DNA of 62,719 nt, the filler included, from Basidiobolus ranarum (Eukaryota), in the NCBI GenBank assembly GCA_040143965.1. It is 44 parts of 44 records of this genome, joined end to end, with 100 filler letters (N's around TTAATTAATTAA, not from the genome) between each part and the next. Parts side by side here need not be neighbours in the genome. Positions count along the whole stretch, not along the records: positions 1 to 1,333 come from JASJQH010005505.1; positions 1,434 to 2,765 come from JASJQH010005506.1; positions 2,866 to 4,197 come from JASJQH010005507.1; positions 4,298 to 5,629 come from JASJQH010005508.1; positions 5,730 to 7,061 come from JASJQH010005509.1; positions 7,162 to 8,493 come from JASJQH010005510.1; positions 8,594 to 9,925 come from JASJQH010005511.1; positions 10,026 to 11,356 come from JASJQH010005512.1; 36 more parts are not named here. One strand, 5' to 3'. Under the pieces are notes generated by a model that made no database searches, had not been told where the DNA came from, and saw nothing but the letters and a program-made list of their open reading frames with translations. The translations under genes were made by a program, and so were the position numbers. Of this stretch, positions 1 through 11,838 are shown in pieces (the first letter of the stretch is position 1; every line of letters begins with the position of its first letter).

Positions 1-1073
1 TTTGGTCGTGGCAGATTTGGTAGATATGGTGGATATGGATATGACTGTGTCTGTTAAACAAATTGTACTTCAAATCTGAGGATTGTGAATAGTCATTTGA
101 AATATCCTTTTACCAAAAAGATTCAGTCGTCATGGATATGAATGGTGTGACGGATGGCTGTAAACACTGTTGGTAAATCTATGTTGTGAGTCGGAATTTC
201 CAGAAATAAATGATGTTCTCTATGTTGAATTCTAAAACCTACCAATATTCCATTGGAATCACTTAATATGAATCTGGCATGCGCTTTGTGTACTCTTCCT
301 TTTACGTGACCGAAGAAGATAACTCCGGCAGGATCTATACAGTATAGCGCTACGAAGGGTTTATTTTTTGTTGGCAAAGACACCACGAGATGTGTTCAAA
401 TACTGCTACTAGATATTCAACTACCTAGAAATGGAATTTGTGCCTGAAGAATGACACACTGCTCTCGTAAAACCTCTCACTTTTGGTGATAACACCACTT
501 GGTTATTTCTACTATTTCCTCGATGCAATATCCACCAATGGCTCGAAGAATCAACATTGATTAGTGATATATCAGAAGCAATCGAAGCAATCGCCAAGTT
601 AAACTTATCGGCCTAAATGAAGAAACCTCATGATAACCAACGAAAATGCCTCTCCATCGATTTTTTACCTACTGCTCTCAGTAACCACTTGAAATGTGAA
701 AGAGCACTGCCTTCACACATTCAAACACTCTATAGCTAAAACTGCACATGATTATTTATTTCTTTCTTAGCCTAGTATACAGCTCTAATTGCTATTGTAT
801 TGGCTGAGGAATGATATTCGCATATACTAATACTCGGTAGCAATGTGGGATTAAACCATATAGTAGCTTATGTTTCAATTTGCTTAGTCAAATATTGAGG
901 CTGGGGCATTGATCAGTGAATATAATAGTCTCTGAAGTTGGGTGTACATTTCGCTGACATACGTATCTCTCATAATTTAAACTCTGTTGTTTGTATCATG
1001 AGTGAATATTTTGGTTCCCATATAGTTTATGTCAAAGATGACTGCACCCCAACTATAATAAAGCGTTGTTTGG

Positions 1074-1082
1074 TATATATAA
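1074..1082 (+). promoter_or_regulatory. Putative TATA box
   Basis: TATATATAA about 70 bp upstream of the ATG at 1154. Confidence 0.45.
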
Positions 1083-1153
1083 GGTGTGTAGATATTCTTG
1101 TATCATTAGACAGCTTCACTATACCTTTCAATAGTCCAGTTTCACTATCCAAC

Positions 1154-1333
1154 ATGTATCTCAAAGTAGCCATTATCAGCGCCTTCTTGTTGGCCTCAAC
1201 CAATGCTGCCCACATCAAGTTGTCCATGCCCTCTGACCACGAATTTCTAACTTCCGGGATGACTTATCCCGCAGGTGAAGGTTTCATGATTAGAGAAGGT
1301 AACGAGCTCTTCCTCCCTAACTTTATGTTGGAT
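1154..1333 (+). CDS. Secreted protein, 5' part (runs off contig)
   Basis: MYLKVAIISAFLLASTNA-AHIKLSMPSDHEF...: basic/hydrophobic/small-residue signal peptide, upstream TATA, CpG retained as in host genes. Confidence 0.65.
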
Positions 1334-1433
1334 NNNNNNNNNNNNNNNNNNNNNNNNNNNNNNNNNNNNNNNNNNNNTTAATTAATTAANNNNNNNNNNN
1401 NNNNNNNNNNNNNNNNNNNNNNNNNNNNNNNNN
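1334..1433. other. Artificial contig spacer (N-run + TTAATTAATTAA + N-run); first of 43 such spacers
   Basis: The same 100-bp linker with stops in all six frames recurs every ~1.43 kb; contig lengths fall from about 1333 to about 1322 bp. Confidence 0.98.
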
Positions 1434-2575
1434 TAATGCTTAATACTAACTTTTAAAAAAAACAGCTAAGTCTTCAGAGCAGTATTTTCCACCATTAGCA
1501 TTCCTGAGTTCCCTTATATTTTGTGCTGATTCTTTCTCTACCATTGCTTTGAAGTAATCAAATATTGTTAGGACTTCAGATTTTGATTCGAGAAAGAAAA
1601 CCCAAGTATATCCTCTTTTGTCTCCAAAAACCATCATTAGTCCCTTTTGCCACATAGCAAGATGTCTTTGGTAAGCCCATATGGGTCAGAATGAATTAAG
1701 GCAAAATTTAGGATGGATTTGGCCACCCCAGAGCTTAGAAACAGTTGCCTGTGATGTTTACAATTTATCCTACCTTCCAAGAGATTCAATTTGGAGATGT
1801 TTGTAATTTCTAAGTCTGAAACAAGCTGATTTAGGATCATTTAGGTCAGTTTCTTGTTCCCCAATGTGGTCTAATCTTCTACACCATGTTTTATAGCCAA
1901 GTTCACTGGTTTTGCCCTAGCTTGCATGCTTGGAATGTAATTTGTTAGTTTCTATCTTATATAAGCCTTATGGTTTGTTTTCAGTAGGTAATTTGATATC
2001 ATTCTGATCTGCAATAGTGCTTGCAGCCTTATGAACACAGATATCAATCCTTAAGTTGTTGCTAAGCTTGGTGAGAATAGATTCTTGGCTATATTTGGTA
2101 CCTGGTGTACATCATTTGCAGATGTACAGCTTAATTTTGGTCAACTTTGAGCACACCTCTGCCATTAGCAACTACATCTAGTGCATAGACACCTCCTCAG
2201 TAGACTCTACTGGTTTAGATCGGCTTCAAGCTTGAAAACCAATCTTACTTATTTGACACTTGCTGGGAAGCTCCTGAATCAATATATCACATTTTGAGTC
2301 TTTCTTAGTAGGTACTGATAGGGCAGACACAAACATACAATCCTCATCAATTACTACTTAACTTGCTTGTTCCAACTTTAGCTTTTTTGCAAATGTACTT
2401 TTTCTACAATCTTTGATGAAATGGCCTGGTTACTTTGAATACTTGCACATGATTGATTTCTGGTTAGGGGCTCTACTATTCAAGCCTGTCGGACATTTTA
2501 CAGCTTTAAAGAATGCCCAATCTTCATGATTTTGCAGAGAAGCAAATACCCTTAATTCTTCATTCCAAAGCCTAG
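1434..2575 (-). mobile_element. Degenerate Ty1/Copia gag-protease-integrase fragment
   Basis: LIHSDPYG, RGYTWVFFLESKSEV and RELRNANGGKY (integrase core); many stops and frameshifts. Confidence 0.85.
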
Positions 2576-2765
2576 TGTCATGATTCTGATCTCGGCATAC
2601 TGATCCACTGCATATGGAACTCTTCTATTATTAGATTATGACATCATATCTACTGTGCCATCCCTTCCTGGCAATCTGGTGTCAGTTCATCCAGATTACC
2701 TTATATGGAAGTCATGTTCTTTGGAACATTCCATGAAACCTGACCAATCATGTCATCCCACACAT
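2576..2765 (+). repeat. LTR family C (TGTCA...TGACA, ~530 bp), 5' part, inserted in Copia
   Basis: Starts TGTCATGATTCTGATC; same sequence at 11186, 17179, 41458, 52357 and reversed at 55708-55820; other end TTGTGACA at 7385 and 41956. Confidence 0.8.
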
Positions 2766-2865
2766 NNNNNNNNNNNNNNNNNNNNNNNNNNNNNNNNNNN
2801 NNNNNNNNNTTAATTAATTAANNNNNNNNNNNNNNNNNNNNNNNNNNNNNNNNNNNNNNNNNNNN

Positions 2866-3306
2866 CTTAAACTTACACCATATCTATACAACTTGTTTGA
2901 ATATCTGTTTAGTTTATCATTATTGCTAACTAGTCACCTGACCTTATCCAGTGACTTTATCATGTGACCTATCACCTGACTAACTATCTATTTGCTTTTC
3001 CTTTTATCAGATCATATGACCAATCACATGTTCCTTATCCAATCAGTATTAACCTCTGAGTCATCTGCCTAGACACAAGTCAATTTGAGTCACAAGATTC
3101 ATAACCAATGATCTTTCATTGCCAAGACTTCAGCTGATGCATGACTCACTTATCTATCTATCTATCCATCCAATCACATTTTCTTCTATCAGAATTAGTC
3201 ATCTAATATCTTGGTGCTGACTAATTCACTTTGCTATCAAAAAGTATCAATAAAGCTACCTGAACCTTTTGGTTTAGTGTGTCTCAACAAATATAGGATC
3301 ATAACA
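2866..3306 (-). repeat. LTR-like family D (TGTTATGA terminus, GATA repeats)
   Basis: Reverse complement matches 27309-27695; ends in CATAACA. Confidence 0.65.
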
Positions 3307-3427
3307 CTTCTCAGTGTTTCTCAACAAATTCAATATTCCCCTCTCATTTCTATACAAGCCTAGTATCCACTAGCATCTACAGAACACCATGCCTAGCTGC
3401 CTAGCAAACCTACTCTCTACCATAACA

Positions 3428-4197
3428 TAGCAACCCACTGCTATTCCCAGGACATTTATTAGTTAGATCTGCTCTGCTAATATACTCTGCTTAAACAGTT
3501 CTAAGATTCTGCACTTAACTGTTTCTTTGGTTCAGTAAAGTTCAAGACTTTTTATCCACTTTTCTCTTGGACACAATAAGTGTCATAAAGGTTGTCTCAT
3601 GTGTCACAGCACCTGATCATAGCAGCCTTCCATCAATTACTTCTATGAGTACTGGACTAGATTTCTGGATTGTTGGGATAGAGTGGGATTTTACCAAGGC
3701 AGAGTCAATAAAACAGGAGGAAGCACCTGAATCAAGAAGTGCAGTTGTTTTTATTGACTTGGAATTTGGAAGCAGGAGTGTAATAGGCAGCTTTAATGAT
3801 TTGTATGACTGCAGAGATTGCAATGTATGGTGAAGATACATTTTTGAAGACGCTTTGCCCAACTGCATCCCCATTATTGCAGCTGGGCATTGAGGTTTTC
3901 CAAGGGTTGAGAAGAGTTAACTTGTACTTGCATATTATTGATCTTAAATCCATGATTCTTCTTTGGACAGGTTCTTGCTACATGTCCGGGAGCTCCAAAA
4001 TAGAGGCATATATTCTCTTGTTGGCATTCATATTTCACCTTGGGCTAAGCTTTCTGAAGCAAGTGCCATCAATTTGCATTGGGTCTTCAGCTTGAGCTGT
4101 ATTTTGTGTTTGATGGAAGGGGGGTCTGAAAGTAGATGATGAAGGAGAGAAGAAAGGAACCATATTTCTTTGTTGTTGTCTTTCAAACAACCGGTTG
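3428..4197 (-). mobile_element. Degenerate Ty3/Gypsy gag C-terminus and aspartic protease
   Basis: TALLDSGASSCFIDSALVKSHSIP...IEVIDGR retropepsin motif; upstream part matches gag copies at 20039 and 62077. Confidence 0.88.
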
Positions 4198-4297
4198 NNN
4201 NNNNNNNNNNNNNNNNNNNNNNNNNNNNNNNNNNNNNNNNNTTAATTAATTAANNNNNNNNNNNNNNNNNNNNNNNNNNNNNNNNNNNNNNNNNNNN

Positions 4298-4460
4298 TGC
4301 TAATTCTCACATAATTCACATATATATAAAATATATGTTCCGATTTTCAGCTAAGTGATATTTGACTAAATAATGTTGACTAACTAATATGTGATATATG
4401 AAATAGTTGGGTGTATAAAGATAGGGATAACATATATGATAAAGACAATAAACTTCAACA
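4298..4460 (-). repeat. Copia LTR family A, 5' part
   Basis: Reverse complement starts TGTTGAAGTTTATTGTCTTTATC; copies at 9208, 10850, 33495, 37224, 57179. Confidence 0.85.
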
Positions 4461-5519
4461 GGCCTTGCAGACAGATATTAAATTCTGGGCAATATCTGGA
4501 ACATGTAGTACATCCTTAAAAGTATAGAATTTTTCTTCAGAAGCTCCAGTTAAATTGACTTGAATTGTTTCCTTTCCAATAGCATCCACTGTGCAGTCTT
4601 CACCAATGAAAACCTTTCTAATTGGGATATCTTGGTAATCTGCAAACCAATATTTTTCATTTGTGAAATGTTGCGAGGCTCCTGAATCAATATACCACAT
4701 CGGGGAATCCTTGTTGGTACTCATAGATGGAGCAGATATGAACAAGTGATCTCCTGTTGTAACCACACTTCCAGATTCAGTACATTTTTCTTCTTTTGCA
4801 ATTCTTTTAAAACAATCTTTGCTTAAATGGCTAGTTCTTTTACAGTAATAACAGAATGTGTTACTTTTCTTCTTAAAGTGTTTTGACCTTTATAGGAAGG
4901 TATCCCATAGCCTATTAAAGCATTCTTGTCATTCTTTTGGTGGGATCTTAATTTGCATAAATGTTCATCCGGAAGTCCACTAAATACATAATTTAAGGTC
5001 AAATTTTCAGTTCTTGATTCTTGAGCCATTACCAGGCTCTGAAGCTTGTGTGGCAGGCTAATCAGGACTATAGCTATGATATCTTGATCAGTGGTAGGTA
5101 CTCCAATGCATTCCATTTCATCCACTAAAATAGTGACTCTATTAGTGAGTGATTTAATGTCTTCTCCTGGCTTTATCTTTAGGTTAAAGAATTGTCTTTT
5201 AGAAGCATCTTGTTGGCAGGAGACCTTGTTCGGTAGTTGTCTTTAAGGCTTTCTATACCTTCTTGGCAGTTTTAGCTCTTGAACATTGAATTAGTAATTT
5301 TTCTTTAACATTAAGGCAAATTGTGTTGAAGGCGCTTTATTCTTTTTTAACCTGGAGTAAAACTTTGGTTTGAGATAGCTTTACATTGTTTGCTTCACCT
5401 ACAACAGTGTCCCAAAGTCCTTTTTCTTGCAGCAGCATTTTCATTTTAACTTTCCAAACTTGATAATTGGTTCCATCCAATTTTTCAGATGAGGGAAAAG
5501 TCTCATGTATTTGAGAAGT
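4461..5519 (-). mobile_element. Degenerate Copia gag-protease
   Basis: WYIDSGASQHFT protease motif; gag motif LDGTNYQVWK...LWDTVVG. Confidence 0.9.
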
Positions 5520-5629
5520 TGTTGGATAATTAATCTTTATTCAACATCATAGTTAACTTTAGTTATGATACATATATCAGAAACAGAAAGCAATGTATCT
5601 ATAGCCCCTATATTCTAAATAGGAATATC
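5520..5629 (-). repeat. LTR family E, 3' end
   Basis: Matches the 3' end of the complete solo LTR at 61758-62074 (...ATTATCCAACA). Confidence 0.8.
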
Positions 5630-5729
5630 NNNNNNNNNNNNNNNNNNNNNNNNNNNNNNNNNNNNNNNNNNNNTTAATTAATTAANNNNNNNNNNNNNNN
5701 NNNNNNNNNNNNNNNNNNNNNNNNNNNNN

Positions 5730-5947
5730 AGGTTCTCAGATATGTAGATTTTGGTAACTTGTGCTAGCAGCCCCAAACTTTGCACACATGTTCCTGGGAC
5801 CTTGCTTAACCCATTCTACATGTTATTTTGTTACATCTTGACAAAACTGTAAATGTCAACTTTCTACTCAATAAATCAACAAGTGAAAACCACCAAATTC
5901 TCAAATTCTCCAAACCACTTTCAACAGGCTGCCAAAATGCTTTAAAA
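5730..5947 (+). repeat. Copia LTR family B, 3' part
   Basis: Matches 44396-44743. Confidence 0.8.
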
Positions 5948-5949
5948 AA

Positions 5950-6494
5950 CCATGGGTTCATGGCAGAATCTGCACATAAATCAATAATTCAAATGGCAAG
6001 ATTGGGATTTATCTAATTAATTCCAACAAATACAATGAAAAAGGCAAAGATGGTTGAGAAACTTGTTGAAAATCTGGGCATTTTGAACAATTCGTCCACC
6101 ATTGCATCAAAAGATATTCAACTTTCATTTCTTTGACCCAAGGAAGAGATTGCTGGTGTTCTCATCAAGCCTATACCAATATTTACCTCATAGTGAGTTT
6201 TCTTTATGATGAATTGAGTGACAGTGTGGAGGTTAGTTGTTTCAGTTGTATTGCTTGTCCCTATCTTTGTACACCAAGCCATTCCATTTGATATATCTAT
6301 GTTATTAATATTCGTTACACAAATGTCACTAGTCCTCAAATTGAGGCATTTTTTTAGGGTTATGAATTATTCAGCAACTAGCAGAGTTGAGCCAGATATT
6401 TCAATGCAGCCCAAGTCCCAGAACAGTTCATCTCATTCTTGCCATATGGTAGTTGTTCCATTATTCCAAATTTGTACAAATCTCGAGAGGAAGG
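5950..6494 (+). mobile_element. Possible highly decayed Mutator-like transposase C-terminus
   Basis: MAESAHKSII resembles the MULE 'AES.H..IK' motif; a Cys-rich SWIM-like stretch (SCIACPY...HQAIP) follows, frameshifted. Weak. Confidence 0.25.
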
Positions 6495-6811
6495 TGTTAA
6501 AGTATTGGGAGCCTGTTGGAAGTGGTTTGGATAATTAGAGAAATTGGTGGTTATCACTTGTTGATTTATTGAATATTCAGTTGACATTTATAGTTCTGTC
6601 AAAATGTAAATAAACTATCATGTAGAATGTGTTAAGGAAGGTCTCAGGAACATGTGTGCAAAGTTTGGAGCTTCTTTGAAAAATCTATATATGCAAACTT
6701 CCAAGTAAATTCCTCTTGAAAATAATGGGTAATATCTTAGTATTTAGTTATCCTGTATTTCACTAAGCTATATATGACTATATAGGCGTTTAGACAATGC
6801 TAATTTCAACA
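6495..6811 (-). mobile_element. Solo LTR, family B
   Basis: TGTTAA...TTCAACA termini; flanks GAAGG/GAATG (5-bp TSD, one mismatch). Confidence 0.85.
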
Positions 6812-6954
6812 GAATGTTTAATCAATGCCAGTGGTTTGATTATTAAATAAGCAAAAGAAAACCAGTACTCAAAGCAGGTAAATCCTTATATATAGATTGG
6901 AGAGCAGTATCAAAGTATGGCAATGGTCAGAATTGCTATTTTTCATCATTTTAC

Positions 6955-7061
6955 TGTTGAAATTAGCATTGCCTAAACACCTATATAGTCATATATAGCT
7001 TAGTACTTAGTTATCTTATAATTCACTAAGATATTATCAATTATTCTCAATCGGAATTTAC
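6955..7061 (+). repeat. Copia LTR family B, 5' part
   Basis: TGTTGAAATTAGCATTGCCTAAACACC start. Confidence 0.85.
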
Positions 7062-7161
7062 NNNNNNNNNNNNNNNNNNNNNNNNNNNNNNNNNNNNNNN
7101 NNNNNTTAATTAATTAANNNNNNNNNNNNNNNNNNNNNNNNNNNNNNNNNNNNNNNNNNNN

Positions 7162-7432
7162 AGAATATTATGTTTCACCTTGCAATATCTATATAAGCCC
7201 CATGTATTCCTTGATCAGACCTCAGTCTGATTAATGCCAGTTATCAATAAAGATTCTTGCCAAAGTATCTTCCCTGTCCTGTCTTGTCTTGTCTTGTCTT
7301 GTCTTGTGGTCTACACCCAAGTACTCTCCTGCCTTATAGCCTCTTGTTGTTGTTTCCAGTCCTTGTCCAGTTCCTTATTGTGACAATAACTACAGTTAAC
7401 TAAGATGTTGAATAAAGATTAATTATCCAACA
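7162..7432 (+). repeat. LTR C 3' end (to 7385) nested in LTR E 3' end (7386-7432)
   Basis: TTGTGACA followed by ATAAC...ATTATCCAACA; contains a (GTCTT)n microsatellite. Confidence 0.75.
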
Positions 7433-8347
7433 TCCTACAATCATGCTCTAGAAAAGTGCCTGTTATCCTGAAAACAGCCTTTAATAGTTCCATTAGTGAG
7501 AAATATGATAATAAAGCCTAAAATTTTGAGAAATTCAAAGTCACAATGCAACTGGATGATATATCTCAGGGATATTTTCACTGGGGAAGAAAATATTTGA
7601 GTAGTCCTAATGCACTGGATCTCTTTGAGAAAAATGGCAAATTGATCTTTATTGCTCTCTGTTGGCGAGTGATTAACAAATTGTGAATTTTTAATATGTC
7701 AAGGTCTCCATATCAAGAAAAGATGAATAATTGGTGAGTCATTGGTTGAGTAGAAAAACCTGTCTATATATGTTATGAGTGTTCCTGCAGAACTTGTGTA
7801 ATAACTCTGATTCATGAAACATGATTTGGTTTAGAATACTGGGTCTGGACTGCTGTTGATTTTTTGCACTAGCGACTACTTATTTGCAATAACAAAGCAG
7901 TGGAATACTCTTAGTACCCCGTATTCGAATATATCAATATATAATTGTTATACAATTTATTCTATGCCGTCGCATTAACCGAGAGAAGTATGAACAATAA
8001 GCACCATGTTAACCGCGTTGCCAAATTTATGGGATATCGATTCAATATTCTAAGCCTATCAATTGAGATTTCGGCCCTTTCATCTAACAAATACACTATT
8101 GCAATCGGTATCACCATGTTTCAATGATGAGTCTTTTATTTCCCACCCACATGTGGGTGCAATTCTTACTATGACATCAATTTTCAAACTATGGCTGGTG
8201 GTACATGATAAAAATATTTAGTGCATGTAGTTCTGGTAATATATTGAAACACTACGCATCACTCAATACAGAAAAGTAATACAAAATTATAGATGGACAA
8301 TTTTATTTCACTTTGATTCAGTGGTTTATATATACTAAACATTTACA

Positions 8348-8493
8348 TTACTTCTGTAATGGATTGTTGACATATGCAGTGCCATCAACATTGTACGCTT
8401 TTGAGCCCCACTTAGGATCCACTTGTTGACTGGGATGAAGTGGGTCAACTGCATGTCCTTGCTGCCCTTCATTACGCTGTGCTTTGGCTAATG
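8348..8493 (-). CDS. 3' end of an unidentified host gene
   Basis: Open frame LAKAQRNEGQQGHAVDPLHPSQQVDPKWGSKAYNVDGTAYVNNPLQK* with higher GC, then an AT-rich 3' flank. Confidence 0.45.
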
Positions 8494-8593
8494 NNNNNNN
8501 NNNNNNNNNNNNNNNNNNNNNNNNNNNNNNNNNNNNNTTAATTAATTAANNNNNNNNNNNNNNNNNNNNNNNNNNNNNNNNNNNNNNNNNNNN

Positions 8594-9069
8594 TCAGTGC
8601 TATTCAAATATTCAGATGTTTAGCAATTTTTCCACCATTAGTTTGTTGGTAAAGCATATTGATGTTGTTGAGTTATGTCTAATTAGTCAAATATGTGCAT
8701 ATGTGGAGACTAAACACAACAAGATTCTTGTATTTTTTGATTCTCATTATGGCTGGAATACAAAGCCTAAAATATCTAAATAAAGGCACGCATATTAATT
8801 CAAATTCCTACAGCAGTAAACCCAGTAATTTGCCATTTGAAAATTATATTTTTGCACAAATTGCTGGTTATTGAATAATGCATGCCAAATTTGAGGATCA
8901 TTATTTTAACATGTATGAATGCTGTTAAGATACCATCAAGAAACCGCCATCAGACCATCAAAATCCCTGGCAGAATGCAAGCCAGCAATATTGTGACGGT
9001 CCTCTGATCGTTTTGCTATTTTGGAGGGTGGATCCAATCCGGATCAAATCGATTTTATTTTTGTTAGGG
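8594..9069 (+). mobile_element. CACTA/EnSpm-type element: transposase 3' end and right terminus
   Basis: ...FFDSHYGWNTKPKISK* then a subterminal region ending TTTTTGTTAGGG. Confidence 0.85.
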
Positions 9070-9207
9070 AAACTTGCAGTCTACAAATGTCTTGTCACAA
9101 GTAGATGTACCATTGATTGAATTGATTATCCCATGGCCAAAGCAATAATACTGTGTATCTTGTCTTACAATAATGAAGGATTATAAGTCATACAATTGAC
9201 AAGTTTT

Positions 9208-9720
9208 TGTTGAAGTTTATTGTCTTTATCATATTTGTTATCTCTATCTTTATACACCTAACTATTTCATATATTACCTATAAGTTAGTTAACATTACTT
9301 AGTCAAATATCACTTAGCTGAAAATTGGAACATATATTGTATATATATATGTGAATAATGTGAGAATTAGCAATTCCGTATTGGAAATTTCAAACTCATC
9401 CAAATTGCCCCAAAGATAGCTCATTTTACTCCCACAGATGTTCTTTTGAAGTTATTGTCTTTATCATATTTATTATCTCTATCTTTATACACCTAACTAT
9501 TTCATATATCATACATAAGTTAGTTCACATTACTTAGTCAAATATCACTTAGCTGAAAATCACAACATATATTATATATATGTGAATAATGTGAGAATTA
9601 GCAATTCCATATTGGATATTTCAAACTTGCCCAAATTGCCCCAAAGATAGCTCATTTCACTCCCACAGATGTTCTGAACACAACCCCAGTGTTAGTTTTC
9701 TGTATTTCCACCAAAACATA
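9208..9720 (+). repeat. Two nested or tandem LTR A copies
   Basis: LTR A begins at 9208 and again at about 9445; the second is cut by a CACTA end. Confidence 0.8.
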
Positions 9721-9721
9721 T

Positions 9722-9926
9722 CCCTGACAGAAATTTGAGGATTGTTATTGTAGGAAAACTGTCACAATTTTAATCCATTTGGGGTTGACCGTTTACTTAC
9801 CATCATAAAATTGCCAAGTTAGATTTGATTTTAATCAATTTTTTCAGTTTCAGGAGTGAAATTTCAAGATCTTGCAAAATAGTTGCAAATGATTGGCTAA
9901 AATCTCAGAGAACTATGGATCAACAN
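9722..9926 (+). mobile_element. CACTA-type element, left terminus
   Basis: CCCTGACAGAAATTTGAGG (consensus CCCTAACAGAAATTTGAGG). Confidence 0.85.
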
Positions 9927-10024
9927 NNNNNNNNNNNNNNNNNNNNNNNNNNNNNNNNNNNNNNNNNNNTTAATTAATTAANNNNNNNNNNNNNNNNNNN
10001 NNNNNNNNNNNNNNNNNNNNNNNN

Positions 10025-10850
10025 NCCAGTTGTTTTGCCAAAGATCTTACTTTTGCAATATGAGTAACTATGCTTTCAGACTTTTCCATCTTTATATTGC
10101 AGACTTTTTGTCTGAGAAAGAGTTTGTTAGCAAGACTCTTTGCTTAATAACACTCTTCCAATATAGTCCAAGCTTGATGGGAAGTCTTTGCATATTGAAT
10201 ATTCACAAATAGTGAATCCTTCAAACTCTGACAAATGACATTGAAGGCCTTCTTGTCTCTTTTCTTGTAAGCTTCTAATGAAGAAGGGTCAGAAGGTTTG
10301 TTTTCAACTCCAGAGACTACATCCCAAAGCTCCCTGTCTTCTAGCATTATTTGCATCTTGAACTTCCAGAAATTGTAGTTTTCTCCATCAAGCTTTTCAA
10401 CACTTGAGTTAATAAAAGTAGTAGTAGCAGTTTCAGTCATGCTGTAAAGGTTAGAGCATGGGGCTCATAACCAATTGGAAAAGTATGGGCTGCTTGTAGG
10501 AACTTTAGAAAAGTGGAATTGTGAATAGCTTTGTGATATAATTATTTATTGCCCAGAAATAGAGTATTGATACATTTTGGTGGAAATACAGAAAACTAAC
10601 ACCGGGGTTGTGTTCGGAACATCTGTGCAAGTAAAATGAGCTATCTTTGGGGCAATTTGGATGAGTTTGAAATTTCCAATATGGAATTGCTAATTCTCAC
10701 ATTATTCACATGTATATCTAATACATGTTCTGATTTTCAGCAAAGTGATATTTGACAAAGTAATGTTAACTAACTCATATGTGATATATGAAATAGTTAG
10801 GTGTATAATGATAGAGATAACAAATATAATAAAGACAATAAACTTCAACA
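10025..10850 (-). mobile_element. Copia family A 5' end: LTR (10474-10850), PBS (10461-10472), gag start (10440)
   Basis: PBS GGTTATGAGCCC; gag MTETATTTFINSSVEKLDGENYNFWKFKMQIMLEDRELWDVV. Confidence 0.92.
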
Positions 10851-11185
10851 ATAGCGTGACACTACTGAGGGTGCTTTGCAGTGTTTGTGTGGCTTTTTTC
10901 ATGCCTTTAAGTTTGGGGCCAATTTCAACACTTTGAAAAGTACCAATTGAGGTTTGAGAGCTGTGAGTTTTATTTGCTGGTGTTGTGACTTGTTGAGAGA
11001 TGTCATGTGTTGGATAAACTTCCAAATTTAGCACTCTTCCAACTGGTGTACCTGGTTCCATGGTGACATTAAGCTTTTTTTCCAGTTTATCTGACTCTAG
11101 AAATGCAGATCTTCACAATGGTGTAAAGAATTTGGTAAGTGGGACAGTAGAACCTAAACTTGCTGGCTCCTTTGCTTTTCCCTTG
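10851..11185 (-). mobile_element. CACTA-type element ORF2 fragment
   Basis: MEPGTPVGRVLNLEVYPT matches 18609-19938 and 40032-41357. Confidence 0.75.
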
Positions 11186-11456
11186 GACTCTTCTATTATT
11201 AGATTATGACATCATATCTGCTGTGCTATCCCTTCTTGGCAATCTTGTGTAAGTTCATTGAGGTTACCATATATGGATGTCATGTTCTTTGGAACATTCC
11301 ATAAAACCTAACCCATCACGTCATCCCACACATAATGTATTTCTGCCAAGACCTTCNNNNNNNNNNNNNNNNNNNNNNNNNNNNNNNNNNNNNNNNNNNN
11401 TTAATTAATTAANNNNNNNNNNNNNNNNNNNNNNNNNNNNNNNNNNNNNNNNNNNN

Positions 11457-11838
11457 GTCCAAATTTTGACTCGTCAACCTGTGGAAGGTAGAAGTAGAGA
11501 TGGTGGTTTACGTTTCGGAGAGATGGAACGTGATTGTATGATTTCCCATGGAGTAGCTCATTTCTTGAAGGTAAATTTTCATTGACGCAATGTATTTGTA
11601 GATTTTACTAAAGCATTCTTTATAGGAGCGCTTATTCGATGCCTCAGATGCATACAGGGTACATGTATGTGATCTGTGCGGATTAATGGCCATTGCCAAT
11701 TTAAAGAAGAATAGTTTTGAATGCCGTTCATGCAAAAACAAAACACAAATATCACAACTTCATATTCCATATGCTTGTAAGCTTCTTTTCCAGGAGCTAA
11801 TGGCGATGAACATTGCACCCAGATTAATGGTGCTTTAG
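11457..11838 (+). CDS. RPB2: RNA polymerase II second-largest subunit, 3' end (exons 11457-11570 and 11626-11838)
   Basis: [32 protein letters not shown]...[22 protein letters not shown]...CRSC...[21 protein letters not shown]; 55-nt GT-AG intron with TACTAA branch site. Confidence 0.97.

Noticed and set aside
123-386. 87-aa minus-strand ORF
   Set aside because: GTG start, no recognisable motif and no supporting splice or promoter evidence.
938-1153. N-terminal extension of the 147-aa ORF from a TTG start
   Set aside because: The region contains the TATA box; the ATG at 1154 gives a proper signal peptide.
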